This document shows, one piece after another, positions 19,568 to 28,145 of a stretch of DNA of 37,229 nucleotides. The translations under genes were made by a program, and so were the position numbers. The stretch is taken from positions 1 through 37,229 of the IMG/VR virus record IMGVR_UViG_3300005573_000182; one strand, given 5' to 3'. Below the pieces are notes generated by a model. The model searched no databases. It saw nothing but the letters and a program-made list of their open reading frames with translations, and was not told where the DNA came from. Numbering within the stretch: position 1 is the stretch's first letter; every line of letters starts with the position of its first letter. Source of the stretch: a virus (Duplodnaviria; Caudoviricetes).

Positions 19568-20845
19568 ATGAAATATTTTTTTATCTCAAAATACGGCGAT
19601 AGTGCAGGTATATTACCAAGAATACAAGCGGAAGGACACGAAGTTGCGATGTATATACAAGAGAAAACTTGTAAACGTGTTCTTGATGGTATTGTTCCGA
19701 AGATGGAGATACAAGCAGGTGTTGACTGGGCAGATTATGTTGTGATAGATTATAAAGGTTTTGGCGTGTTAGCGGACAAGTTGCGTCGGCAAGGTAAAAA
19801 AGTTTGGGGCGGGTGCGAGTTAGCGGACAGGTTAGAGATGGACAGAGGGTTTGCGTTTGAGTTATGTAGAAATCTTGGTATTCGTGTTCCTGAAACATAC
19901 GAGTTCACAATACAAGAAGCAATAGAGTTTTTACGGCAAGCAAAAAAAAGGTATATTATGAAATCTGACTTGGACTATTCTACACTTTCTTTTATCCCTG
20001 AAAGCAACGAGTATTTGATACAATTTATACAAACTTATCCTTTGCTTACAAACAAAAAAATATATCTACAAGAATATATACAAGGTGCTGAAATATCTAC
20101 AAACATTTTTTATACACACGGCAAGGTTGTTCCTAATCCTGATGCTACTATAGAGACAAAAAAGTTTATGAACAACGATTTTGGTGCGATGACAGGTGCG
20201 ATGACTTCGCTTGTATGGGTGTATCCTGAAAAAGAACCTCGTTTGTATCAAAAGACACTTAAGAAACTTGAATATTTATTATCAAAAGCAGAACTTAATG
20301 TTTGTATTGATGCTAACACGATTGTAAACGATGAAGATGTTTGGTTTTTAGAGTTTACGCCACGCTTGGGTTATGATTGGTTATATGCGTATATACAACT
20401 GCTTGACTGCGAGATTTCAGAATTTTTTGCGAGGTTGTGTGAAGGGACACTAACAAGGATACCTGCGAGAAGCGGGTTTGCGACAGCAGTGCGTGTTAGT
20501 ATACCGCCGTTTCCGTTTGAAATGAAACAACAAGATGAGAAAATTTTAGAAAAGTATTATTCGTCAATACCTGTGTTAATCAAAAATTTTGAGAATGTTT
20601 ATTTACTTGATGTTTGTTTAGAAAAAAATGGTATGTTTTGTTGTGGCAATGTTGTGTTTGAAGCGAGTGGTTACCATCCGACAGATTTTGTAGAAGCGTT
20701 TAGGCAAGCATACAAGAACACAAGAAATATAGAAGTTGCTAATAAACAAATACGGACAGATGCTATACCAAACGCAAGAAACAGGTTAGAATATTTAAAA
20801 AAAGTTAATTACTTGTCTGTCCCTGTCGGTTCTTCATATTTTTGA
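19568..20845 (+). CDS. PurD-like ATP-grasp ligase (diverged)
   Basis: Collinear with GAR synthetase motifs: LEMDRGFA, QEYIQGAEIS, KKFMNNDFGAMTGAM, LEFTPRLG. Confidence 0.8.
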   Translation: MKYFFISKYGDSAGILPRIQAEGHEVAMYIQEKTCKRVLDGIVPKMEIQAGVDWADYVVIDYKGFGVLADKLRRQGKKVWGGCELADRLEMDRGFAFELCRNLGIRVPETYEFTIQEAIEFLRQAKKRYIMKSDLDYSTLSFIPESNEYLIQFIQTYPLLTNKKIYLQEYIQGAEISTNIFYTHGKVVPNPDATIETKKFMNNDFGAMTGAMTSLVWVYPEKEPRLYQKTLKKLEYLLSKAELNVCIDANTIVNDEDVWFLEFTPRLGYDWLYAYIQLLDCEISEFFARLCEGTLTRIPARSGFATAVRVSIPPFPFEMKQQDEKILEKYYSSIPVLIKNFENVYLLDVCLEKNGMFCCGNVVFEASGYHPTDFVEAFRQAYKNTRNIEVANKQIRTDAIPNARNRLEYLKKVNYLSVPVGSSYF

Positions 20846-21174
20846 GATTTCATTAACAACCCATCCTTGAAAATCAACACAACTTTTTTACCAATGAGTT
20901 GTTCTGTTTCAAAATTATATTCGTTCTTTTTAGGATCTTTTTCTATCCCGCAATTGGACAACAGAATTTTTAATCTCCATCTTTTATTTTTCACACACGA
21001 AAGCGGTATTCTTACAGCACTACCATTATCAAGTAAAAAAGTAAATCTCAAAAATGGTTCTTGGTTTCTGCTTTCAAAATATTCAACATCAACAATTTCA
21101 GCAACAAATGTTCCTGTTAAATCTCGTTTTATTCTTGAAGGACGGCTATCATCATCTTTAAATACTATTTTCAT
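20809..21174 (-). CDS. DUF669-like putative ssDNA-binding protein
   Basis: GTFVAEIVDVEYFESR...LRFTF...QLIGKKV pattern; GGAGG SD; located in the recombination operon. Confidence 0.55.
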   Translation of the reverse strand: MKIVFKDDDSRPSRIKRDLTGTFVAEIVDVEYFESRNQEPFLRFTFLLDNGSAVRIPLSCVKNKRWRLKILLSNCGIEKDPKKNEYNFETEQLIGKKVVLIFKDGLLMKSQKYEEPTGTDK

Positions 21175-21388
21175 TTTCTGTTCCTCCTATTTTTATTCCG
21201 TTTGGCGACCTTCTACCTTTTCTGTTTTTCTTGATATTCTTTATCACATCAACAACATTTTCATCAAACAAACAATGACCAGGCACCACAGGTTCAATTT
21301 TCCCATAGAACACCCATTGATACAGAGTTCTCGGACTTATTCCTGTCCGTTTTGATAGTTCTTTAATTGTCAATAGTTTTTTACTCAT
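21158..21388 (-). CDS. HTH DNA-binding protein (MerR/excisionase-like)
   Basis: LLTIKELSKRTGISPRTLYQWVFYGKI. Confidence 0.8.
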   Translation of the reverse strand: MSKKLLTIKELSKRTGISPRTLYQWVFYGKIEPVVPGHCLFDENVVDVIKNIKKNRKGRRSPNGIKIGGTENENSI

Positions 21389-21812
21389 CTTTTTTTACCT
21401 CCTTTTCTTCAAGATTTTTTTCATAAAGTATGTTGCTAATATGCTGTAAAAATAAATATTCAAAAATTTCAGCAATTTTGTGTTGTTTATGATATGGAGC
21501 GTGGACATCTTCACCTGGCTCGTCTTGTATCAAACAACCGCACGGAGCAACTTTCTCACCTCGTTCTCTCGCATTCTCGTATTCTATGTCAAACTCGTCC
21601 ACTTCTGAAAATTCAACACCTGCTAACAAACATAATAAACTTTCAACTATTTCGTGTATCATCACAACAAGTTGGTATACATCACCTATTTTACTTATTT
21701 TTATCACAAGTTCGTTATCCTCAATTAAATAATCACCAAGAGTTTCATATCGTTGCTTCTCAACATCAAACACAATTTTTATTTGTTTTATTTCCTTATC
21801 TCCGAGTTTCAT
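21381..21812 (-). CDS. Phage protein with HExxE putative metal-binding motif
   Basis: MIHEIVESLLC...EPGEDVHAPYHKQH; SD present. Confidence 0.6.
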   Translation of the reverse strand: MKLGDKEIKQIKIVFDVEKQRYETLGDYLIEDNELVIKISKIGDVYQLVVMIHEIVESLLCLLAGVEFSEVDEFDIEYENARERGEKVAPCGCLIQDEPGEDVHAPYHKQHKIAEIFEYLFLQHISNILYEKNLEEKEVKKDE

Positions 21813-21829
21813 TTTTTTACCCTCCCTTT

Positions 21830-22051
21830 TTATTTGTTTCTTTTTTTTATGGTTCCAGAACCTAATAAATTTTTATAACAATCATAACAATAACAACAAC
21901 CATTTTCGTAATCGTATACCCAATTTTCTCTCTGTCCATCGTTAACAACATCTTCTACTATAAAACCACGAATCTGTTTTTTACATACAGAACATTCAAT
22001 ATAATAATTTCCCCTTTTAACAACACTTGCTGTAATTTTGCATACTTTCAT
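21830..22051 (-). CDS. Small Zn-finger protein
   Basis: CSVC...CYDC; GGAGGTG SD. Confidence 0.65.
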   Translation of the reverse strand: MKVCKITASVVKRGNYYIECSVCKKQIRGFIVEDVVNDGQRENWVYDYENGCCYCYDCYKNLLGSGTIKKRNK

Positions 22052-22424
22052 TTTTTATCACCTCCTTTGTTCCTTCTACTTCTTCCAACCATTTTTCAAA
22101 TCTTTTACATCCTTTTTTTGTTATTGGTATAATCTCTTTATTCACATATTCAGGTTCCCACATAATACCTCTCATAAACCACCTCCATATATGTTCCCGA
22201 AATTCTTTATTTAAATCCAAAAAGTTAAAATTCATCTCATAGTAATAAATATCATAATTAAAGAGACCTTTTTTATAATCTATTGCTACAAATCGTGACC
22301 GTCCATTATCAAATATTTCTAACCTTACAACAGGGTAACGCATATCACCATAAATAGGTATTATTTCTTTTATTCTGCCTTTTCTATTAAAAACTATTTT
22401 TACCATCTTCTTTAATGTTTTCAT
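22017..22424 (-). CDS. Hypothetical protein
   Basis: ORF in a tightly packed operon with SD. Confidence 0.65.
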   Translation of the reverse strand: MKTLKKMVKIVFNRKGRIKEIIPIYGDMRYPVVRLEIFDNGRSRFVAIDYKKGLFNYDIYYYEMNFNFLDLNKEFREHIWRWFMRGIMWEPEYVNKEIIPITKKGCKRFEKWLEEVEGTKEVIKNESMQNYSKCC

Positions 22425-22430
22425 CTTATT

Positions 22431-22646
22431 TTACCCTCTATTTTGCTTTTCATCTATAATGTCTCTAACAATCTTGATAGCGTTGTCCAATAAATAAGTT
22501 CCTAATTGCCTTGATACCTTTACTTCAAGTTCTTTTATTAGAAACCTTAATGTTTTTTCATCAACTTGACAAGTTGACAAAAAATCTATTAGTTTATGAG
22601 ACAGTATTCCTATATTGTTTATATATATTACAAATCCTTTCTTCAT
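22431..22646 (-). CDS. Hypothetical protein
   Basis: AGGAGGT SD; operon context. Confidence 0.65.
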   Translation of the reverse strand: MKKGFVIYINNIGILSHKLIDFLSTCQVDEKTLRFLIKELEVKVSRQLGTYLLDNAIKIVRDIIDEKQNRG

Positions 22647-22679
22647 CCTATTCTACCTCCTTTATCATTCTTTAGTTTG

Positions 22680-22892
22680 TCATTTCCATAATTTCGCTAA
22701 CCTCATCATCCTTTTTTCAATTACATCTATTATTTTTTTTCTCAATTCTTCATCTCTTACTAACACGTCTATCCCGTCTGTTGTTATCTTGTCCAATAGC
22801 ATCCAAGTTTGTTCAGTAAAAGATACTTCGTAATATCTTTCCAACTCCTCTTCGTTAAAAATTTTTTTTAATTCGTCTTCCATTAGATACAT
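22680..22892 (-). CDS. Hypothetical protein (start reassigned to MYLMEDEL)
   Basis: AAGGAGGT SD before ATG 22892. Confidence 0.65.
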   Translation of the reverse strand: MYLMEDELKKIFNEEELERYYEVSFTEQTWMLLDKITTDGIDVLVRDEELRKKIIDVIEKRMMRLAKLWK

Positions 22893-22897
22893 ATTTT

Positions 22898-23068
22898 TTA
22901 CCTCCTTTTGAATAGAATATAAAAAATTGTTAACCCGCACAAAAACATTAAAAAATAATATATTCTTAAAAAAAACCCTATCTTTATCGGTGTCAATGTA
23001 TAATACAATCCTATTATAATCATTAAACAACCTATTATAAATGCTACTAACAAAACTACTTGTTTCAT
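22898..23068 (-). CDS. Small two-TM membrane protein
   Basis: MKQVVLLVAFIIGCLMIIIGLYY...; GGGAGG SD; start overlaps the nuclease stop. Confidence 0.6.
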   Translation of the reverse strand: MKQVVLLVAFIIGCLMIIIGLYYTLTPIKIGFFLRIYYFLMFLCGLTIFYILFKRR

Positions 23069-23838
23069 AATTGCCTCCCTTGACAAATATCTCTGAACCC
23101 ACACCACGAGCAAACTTGTGAGTCGTTTTTCTTGTAATATATCCCCGTCTTCATCAAGATTACTACATTTTTAACATTTTCTAACGCTTCTTTTATATCG
23201 TTTTCGTTGATATTCACATTGATAACTTGTAGCACAACATCTCTCTTTTGTCTTATTATCCCGTGAATTTCAACTTCACGAGGATAAATTATTTTGTATA
23301 GTTTTAACTGCTCATCAAAGATAAAATACATATCATCAAATCTTGTCCTGTTTCTCGTTTTCCAATCTATCAGTTTCTTTTCAACTAAATCTACTTCACC
23401 AACAAGTTTCCACTCAACACCTTCAAATTCCATTTCAAATTTTCTCGCAATTTCTTCAGGAAATAGTTTTTTCCCAATCTCGTCATAATATTTTGCTCCC
23501 ATCCTCGCTACATCGTCTTTCAGTATATCTACATTGTCATACTCCGCCCAGTCCACTTCCTCACTCGCAACAATCCGTTCTATTTCTGTAACCGCAACAT
23601 CAATAATAATATTCCTAATTTTCACATCATCACCACCTTCATTGATTTTCGTCAAAAACCCCTGCTTCAGTCCTTTATCAAGACCTGTTCCTAATACCAA
23701 GTTGCTTCTCGGTTTCATTTTATATCCCAACTTATACCTTAAATACCATTGGTAGTGACATCGCTTAAACATCTTTACTTGCGAATACGAAATTACATTA
23801 TTCGGCAATTGTTCCAATTCTAATATTTCTTCTTCCAT
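23065..23838 (-). CDS. Cas4/RecB-like PD-(D/E)XK exonuclease
   Basis: SYSQ...C; GEVDL...IDWKT; QLKLY; C-terminal CSWC..C (four-Cys cluster). Confidence 0.85.
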   Translation of the reverse strand: MEEEILELEQLPNNVISYSQVKMFKRCHYQWYLRYKLGYKMKPRSNLVLGTGLDKGLKQGFLTKINEGGDDVKIRNIIIDVAVTEIERIVASEEVDWAEYDNVDILKDDVARMGAKYYDEIGKKLFPEEIARKFEMEFEGVEWKLVGEVDLVEKKLIDWKTRNRTRFDDMYFIFDEQLKLYKIIYPREVEIHGIIRQKRDVVLQVINVNINENDIKEALENVKNVVILMKTGIYYKKNDSQVCSWCGFRDICQGRQL

Positions 23839-23840
23839 AT

Positions 23841-24899
23841 TTACATTCCTCCTTTTGATTTTCTTTTGTAATACTCTTTTATTTCATCCAAAACCTCAAA
23901 TTGTTTTTCTAACGGTAGTTTTTTAACTTCATTTATATCCTTTATATCATACACAACTTCTAAATAATATTTAAATGCTTGCTCAAATTCAGGAAAAACC
24001 TCTTTTGTTTTTTCATATCCTTCTTTTATTTTGTCAAAAATAGTTTTATCAACTTTTTGTTGTTCCGTTTTCTGCTCAACTTGTTGTTCAACTTTTTGTT
24101 GCTGTTGCTCTGTTTTTTCTTCTTGTTTATCTTCAATAACACTCACCTTCCCCAAGTCATCTATCACAATTTTTCTTTTTATTTTCAATTCTTGTTGCCC
24201 TTGCTTCTCTTTCACAACTTGCCCTTGCCCGTTCATTTCTCCCTCATCACTCAATTCTTCAGCACTAACTTCGCCAAGCCCTATCGCATCAGAAATCGCA
24301 CGATTAAGAGCCCTCGTATACGCAGTTGCCCTTATGTCCTGTTCTTTCGTCCACCCTTTTTCATCCTTGTCCGCTCCCGCAATCCCGCAGTATGTCTTAC
24401 CTGTATCAGTTTTCACAACACAAGATACCTCGCATTTCTTGATTGTTAGATTTTCACTATCATACCAAGTCCGCACCTCAACACCTTGCCCACGCTCAAC
24501 ACTAACAATCCATTTTCCTATCTGTTCAATTTTTTCTGTCTTCAATTCTGAAAGTTCAGAGGGTAACGCTATGTTTAAAAACTTCGCTAATTTCCTAAAA
24601 GCAGATTTCTTTTTATATCTTTTTATCTCTCCTCCCATAGTTTTCGCTACTCTTTCTGCATCTTCCTTCGTTCCATCCGTCTTAATCCGTCCACCACCAC
24701 GATAAACATACCAAACATAATCGTCACTTTCAAGGATGCTTTCTAACTTCTTATACAATTCCCATCTTCTCTTTGCTTCTTCAACTGTTTTTTCTGTTAT
24801 TTCAATCTTTTCAATCCCTTGTTCTACCTTTACAATCTCTTGTTTTTGTTCCTGTTGTTCCTGTTGTTCCTGTTTTTCTTGCTCTTGTTTTTTTTTCAT
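23841..24899 (-). CDS. Putative single-strand annealing/recombination protein
   Basis: Adjacent to the exonuclease; ATAYTRALNRAISDAIGLGEVSAEE core followed by a Q/E-rich linker. Confidence 0.55.
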   Translation of the reverse strand: MKKKQEQEKQEQQEQQEQKQEIVKVEQGIEKIEITEKTVEEAKRRWELYKKLESILESDDYVWYVYRGGGRIKTDGTKEDAERVAKTMGGEIKRYKKKSAFRKLAKFLNIALPSELSELKTEKIEQIGKWIVSVERGQGVEVRTWYDSENLTIKKCEVSCVVKTDTGKTYCGIAGADKDEKGWTKEQDIRATAYTRALNRAISDAIGLGEVSAEELSDEGEMNGQGQVVKEKQGQQELKIKRKIVIDDLGKVSVIEDKQEEKTEQQQQKVEQQVEQKTEQQKVDKTIFDKIKEGYEKTKEVFPEFEQAFKYYLEVVYDIKDINEVKKLPLEKQFEVLDEIKEYYKRKSKGGM

Positions 24900-25141
24900 T
24901 TTTCTTTACCTCCTATACCAATTAGTTCTTTAAATTCGTCTTCACCAAAAACGAGTTCCTTGCCACAATGTTTACAAAAAAATCTCATATCTAAATCATC
25001 CTCATAATCAACATAATCATATTCAATTTTACCATCTTCAACCACCACATTGTATATATTACAACTATAATTCCTCGCTTCAACCTCGTCTAATGATAAC
25101 ATTTTTTTACATCCTTCACATTTTATTTTTTTTACTTTCAT
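24896..25141 (-). CDS. Zn-ribbon protein
   Basis: CEGC...CKHC; SD present. Confidence 0.65.
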   Translation of the reverse strand: MKVKKIKCEGCKKMLSLDEVEARNYSCNIYNVVVEDGKIEYDYVDYEDDLDMRFFCKHCGKELVFGEDEFKELIGIGGKEK

Positions 25142-25299
25142 CTTTTATTATACCTCCTTTCGTAATGTTTTATAAAATTTGTTAATTTTTCAACTCTTGT
25201 CTTCTCGCACTTCACACATTTTTTTATCACAACATCACCACCCTTGTAAAACCGCACCCACCAATGCTTACAAAAAAGTTGTTTAAAAAATTTTATCAT
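25138..25299 (-). CDS. 53-aa CxH...CxxC protein (DUF1660-like; not in ORF track)
   Basis: MIKFFKQLFCKHWW...CVKCEK; AAGGAGG SD; ATGA coupling to the next gene. Confidence 0.6.
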   Translation of the reverse strand: MIKFFKQLFCKHWWVRFYKGGDVVIKKCVKCEKTRVEKLTNFIKHYERRYNKR

Positions 25300-25337
25300 T
25301 GTTTTCCCCCTCCTTATTTTTGTATATGGAAAAAATA

Positions 25338-25640
25338 TTATTTCTCCATTTTTTCTACATAAAATTCGTGTTCCGTCCCCTTGTTCCCGTTAAAAATTGC
25401 AATTGAAACCACAGCAAGATTTTTTATAGTTTTACCTTCCATTATGTTTTTTATTTTTTGAAGAAAAACTTGACCATCTAATGTATTTTTGTATTCTTTA
25501 CCACTGAAAAAAGTATCTTGTTTATCAATCCACTCCATACATTTCTCCACTTGTGGCATCACTTGATTTTCACCAACTTCGTAATACTTTATATGTTTCC
25601 CCGTTTTACAATTTATTATTCCTATTTTATACATTTTCAT
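25338..25640 (-). CDS. Hypothetical early protein
   Basis: AAGGAGG SD. Confidence 0.65.
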   Translation of the reverse strand: MKMYKIGIINCKTGKHIKYYEVGENQVMPQVEKCMEWIDKQDTFFSGKEYKNTLDGQVFLQKIKNIMEGKTIKNLAVVSIAIFNGNKGTEHEFYVEKMEK

Positions 25641-25661
25641 TTTTTTAACCCTCCTTTTTTG

Positions 25662-26147
25662 TTAGATTTTAATTATTATTTTATCTAAAATTTTATAAAA
25701 AATTTCATCGTGTTTAATATAAAATCTTCTCGTTTTAAAATCAATGTAATGTGCTACTTCGTGAAAAAAACTCTGTATAAAAGAACTAAAATTTATTACA
25801 AATAAAGAGTTGATTTCGTTATAGTGGTATGCCCCCAAATAAAACATTATAATTGCTTTAGGTTGCGAGGAAAACAAAAATTTTCCCCGCTTGCTTATTT
25901 TGTATTTATCAGATATATATATGGGTATATGTTTCAATTTGTATTGATTAGCGTATTCGTTTATTATTTTTTGCAATAATTCCCGTATTTCTTTTTTAAT
26001 GTTTTTTTGTTGGTGATAATTATTCAACTTCTCATAAAATTCTTTTATGTTGTTTGATTGAAAAATTATTTTTTTAATATCATTAAAAAATTCTTCATAT
26101 TTTATTTTACATTGATTTAATATATCTTTTATTTTTTCGTTATTCAT
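25662..26147 (-). CDS. Zincin-like (HExxH) metalloprotein, SprT-like
   Basis: FFHEVAHY...IKHDEIFY; very AT-rich gene. Confidence 0.6.
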   Translation of the reverse strand: MNNEKIKDILNQCKIKYEEFFNDIKKIIFQSNNIKEFYEKLNNYHQQKNIKKEIRELLQKIINEYANQYKLKHIPIYISDKYKISKRGKFLFSSQPKAIIMFYLGAYHYNEINSLFVINFSSFIQSFFHEVAHYIDFKTRRFYIKHDEIFYKILDKIIIKI

Positions 26148-26194
26148 TTATTTTTTTCCTCTTTTTTATAAAAATAAAAAAATATAAAGACAGA

Positions 26195-26234
26195 CAGGAG
26201 CAAGAAGGAAAAACGGGAAACCTTCTCGCCCCTG
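26195..26234 (-). terminator. RNA hairpin (terminator/attenuator or processing site)
   Basis: CAGGGGCGAGAAGG-12 nt-CCTTCTTGCTCCTG, a 14-bp stem with two G-U pairs on the - strand, followed by a U-rich tract. Confidence 0.65.
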
Positions 26235-26248
26235 CGTTTTATTTTTTT

Positions 26249-26611
26249 CTAAATATTTAAAGCTCTTTCAAAAATTTCTTTCATCACTTCGTATTCGTGA
26301 CCACTCAGCCACTCTTCCGCACCATCAAACCAATCTTGGTAATAATATATTATATTGCCGTCTTCAAGAAAAATAAACCCATCCGCCGGACCCCCCCAAG
26401 ATAATTCTAATTTCTTTCCTCTATATGTTAAATCGTCACTATACGCCAACGCCGTTTGATTTATCCAATCAATTAAATCTTCATATTCGCAATCGTCAAC
26501 AACAAAACTTCCATTTTCTGATTCTTCTGCGAGTTTTAGCACCTCTTCAAATTGTTTTATTCTCTCTTTTAGTTTTTCATTTATTACTTCCTTACAAGTT
26601 TTTTTTCTCAT
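26249..26611 (-). CDS. First early gene; phage protein with LSWGGP motif
   Basis: GGAGGTG SD before ATG 26611 (MRKKTC); ELSWGGPADGF...YQDWFDG. Confidence 0.7.
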   Translation of the reverse strand: MRKKTCKEVINEKLKERIKQFEEVLKLAEESENGSFVVDDCEYEDLIDWINQTALAYSDDLTYRGKKLELSWGGPADGFIFLEDGNIIYYYQDWFDGAEEWLSGHEYEVMKEIFERALNI

Positions 26612-26668
26612 ATACACCTCCCCGTTTTTAAAGTTGTCAAAGACCCGTTTTTTTTCTTTCCTAATATA

Positions 26669-26698
26669 TATATAAAACATTTTTTTGCAATTTGTCAA
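26669..26698 (-). promoter_or_regulatory. Sigma70-type early promoter
   Basis: TTGACA (26698-26693), 17-18 bp spacer, TTATAT/TATATA; long A/T tracts upstream (26700-26765). Confidence 0.6.
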
Positions 26699-26879
26699 CT
26701 TTTTTATAAAAAAATTTTTTTATAATTTTTTTTATTCAATTTTCCGACGAGAAAAAAATTTTTTTCTGTCACAACCACAAAAAAATTTTACCCCCCCTCC
26801 CATCATTTCTTGCTCATTTTTTTATTCCCGCCTCGTGACACTTTTTACAACTTCGTGTTATGTTCAAAACTTGAACATT

Positions 26880-27550
26880 CCACTTGTCCCGCTGTCCTGC
26901 TTGCCTTGTTGCTCCTGCTGTCCCGCTGTCCTTGTTGTCCTTGCTGCCTTCTTGCCTTCTGTTACAAGTATTTATATATACAAGTTATTACTTGTTACCT
27001 GCCTACTCGTTACTCGTTACCTGTCACCTGTTATTACTCGTTACCTGTCTTACTTGTTACTTCTCTGACTTGTTATTACTTGTTTATACTTGTTGACTTG
27101 TCTTCCTGGTTTACTTGTTACGCCTGTTATTACTTGTTACTACTTGTTACCTGTTATGCTTGTTTACTCGTTACGCTTGTTATACTTGTATTACTTGTTA
27201 CGCTTGTTACTTGTTACGCCTGTTACTTGTTACGCTTGTTACTTGTTCTACTTGTCCTTGTCTTGTTACTTGCCTTGTTACTTGTCTTACTTGTTACTTG
27301 TCCTTGCCTACTCGTTGTTACTTGTTTATACTTGCTACCTGCTCACTTGTCCACTTGTCCTTGTTACGCTTGTCATACTTGTTATTTACCCGTGTAACTT
27401 GTATTTCACACACACCCCACCCCACCACCCACGAACCCGCACCACCGCCCACGCAAGTTACAACCTGTATTTTTTTACTCGCACTGGTGTAGTAACAAGT
27501 ATTTAACTTGTGTTGGCTTGTTTAACTTGTGATACTTGTTTGATACTTGA
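26880..27550. repeat. Degenerate TTACTTG/CTTGTTA short-repeat array
   Basis: Dozens of same-orientation 6-9 bp units (acttgtt, acctgtt, actcgtt, gcttgtt) in the only long non-coding region. Confidence 0.9.
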
Positions 27551-27743
27551 TTAGTTTAGTTAGCAAGGAGGCGAGGGGCGAGGGGACGGGGGGTGTGTGA
27601 AGCAAGGGTGATGTGAGTTTGGCAAGGTGTTGTTAAAATCGTTTTTAAGGGCTCAAACTTTAACGGATTTAAGTTTTTTTTGGCTGGTAGGTATGATATA
27701 CTTGGGTGGGGGTATGAAGGGCTAATTTTTTGAGTTTAGCGGG

Positions 27744-28145
27744 TTATAATTGATTTTTCGTCTTGGTGTAGTCGGATAGTTTGACGGGTAGGGTGGAACG
27801 AGAGGTGGTGTAGTCAGGGTTAAGTTTATAGATTATGAAGCAAGAGTTTTGTTTTGAGTATTGCCAGAGAGCGACGTCGGTGGTTTGTAGGTTGAATGGT
27901 TGTGATGTAAGTGTTTGTAATTTTTGTTTGATATTTGAGGAACAAGTTACTTGTATGAAGTAAGGTTTTTTGTTAGGGTGGATAGCGACGATGTCGCATC
28001 CGTGTATATCAGCTCCTATGAGGACAAGACGACCTTTGATGTATAGAGGTTTCCATTGAGCACGGCAGGTGGTGTAACCTTGTTCTTCAAGTATCTTACA
28101 TACAACACGTTCGTAGTAGATCCCTTTCTGCCTCGTATTCTTCAT
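27744..28145 (-). CDS. Holliday junction resolvase, Hjc-type PD-(D/E)XK
   Basis: KGIYYERVVCKILEEQGY...DIVAI...FIQVT. Confidence 0.75.
   Translation of the reverse strand: MKNTRQKGIYYERVVCKILEEQGYTTCRAQWKPLYIKGRLVLIGADIHGCDIVAIHPNKKPYFIQVTCSSNIKQKLQTLTSQPFNLQTTDVALWQYSKQNSCFIIYKLNPDYTTSRSTLPVKLSDYTKTKNQL

Noticed and set aside
19568-20845. Assigning gene symbol purD
   Set aside because: Substrate-binding signatures differ from PurD and there is no purine-pathway context.
21158-21388. Excisionase implying an integrating prophage
   Set aside because: No integrase or att-like context was recognised; the HTH alone is not specific.
26685-27506. Several + strand ORFs rich in Leu/Val/Thr/Cys/Tyr
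   Set aside because: They are by-products of the stop-poor TTACTTG array: open in multiple frames, low complexity and without SD.
26880-27550. Possible CRISPR or mini-array
   Set aside because: Units are 6-9 bp and degenerate with no unique spacers. The Cas4-like gene is a typical stand-alone phage exonuclease.
27669-27702. Possible + strand promoter (TTAAGT...TATGAT or TG-A-TATACT) antisense to the resolvase
   Set aside because: The -35 is weak, no downstream sense ORF exists, and such matches are common in AT-rich DNA.
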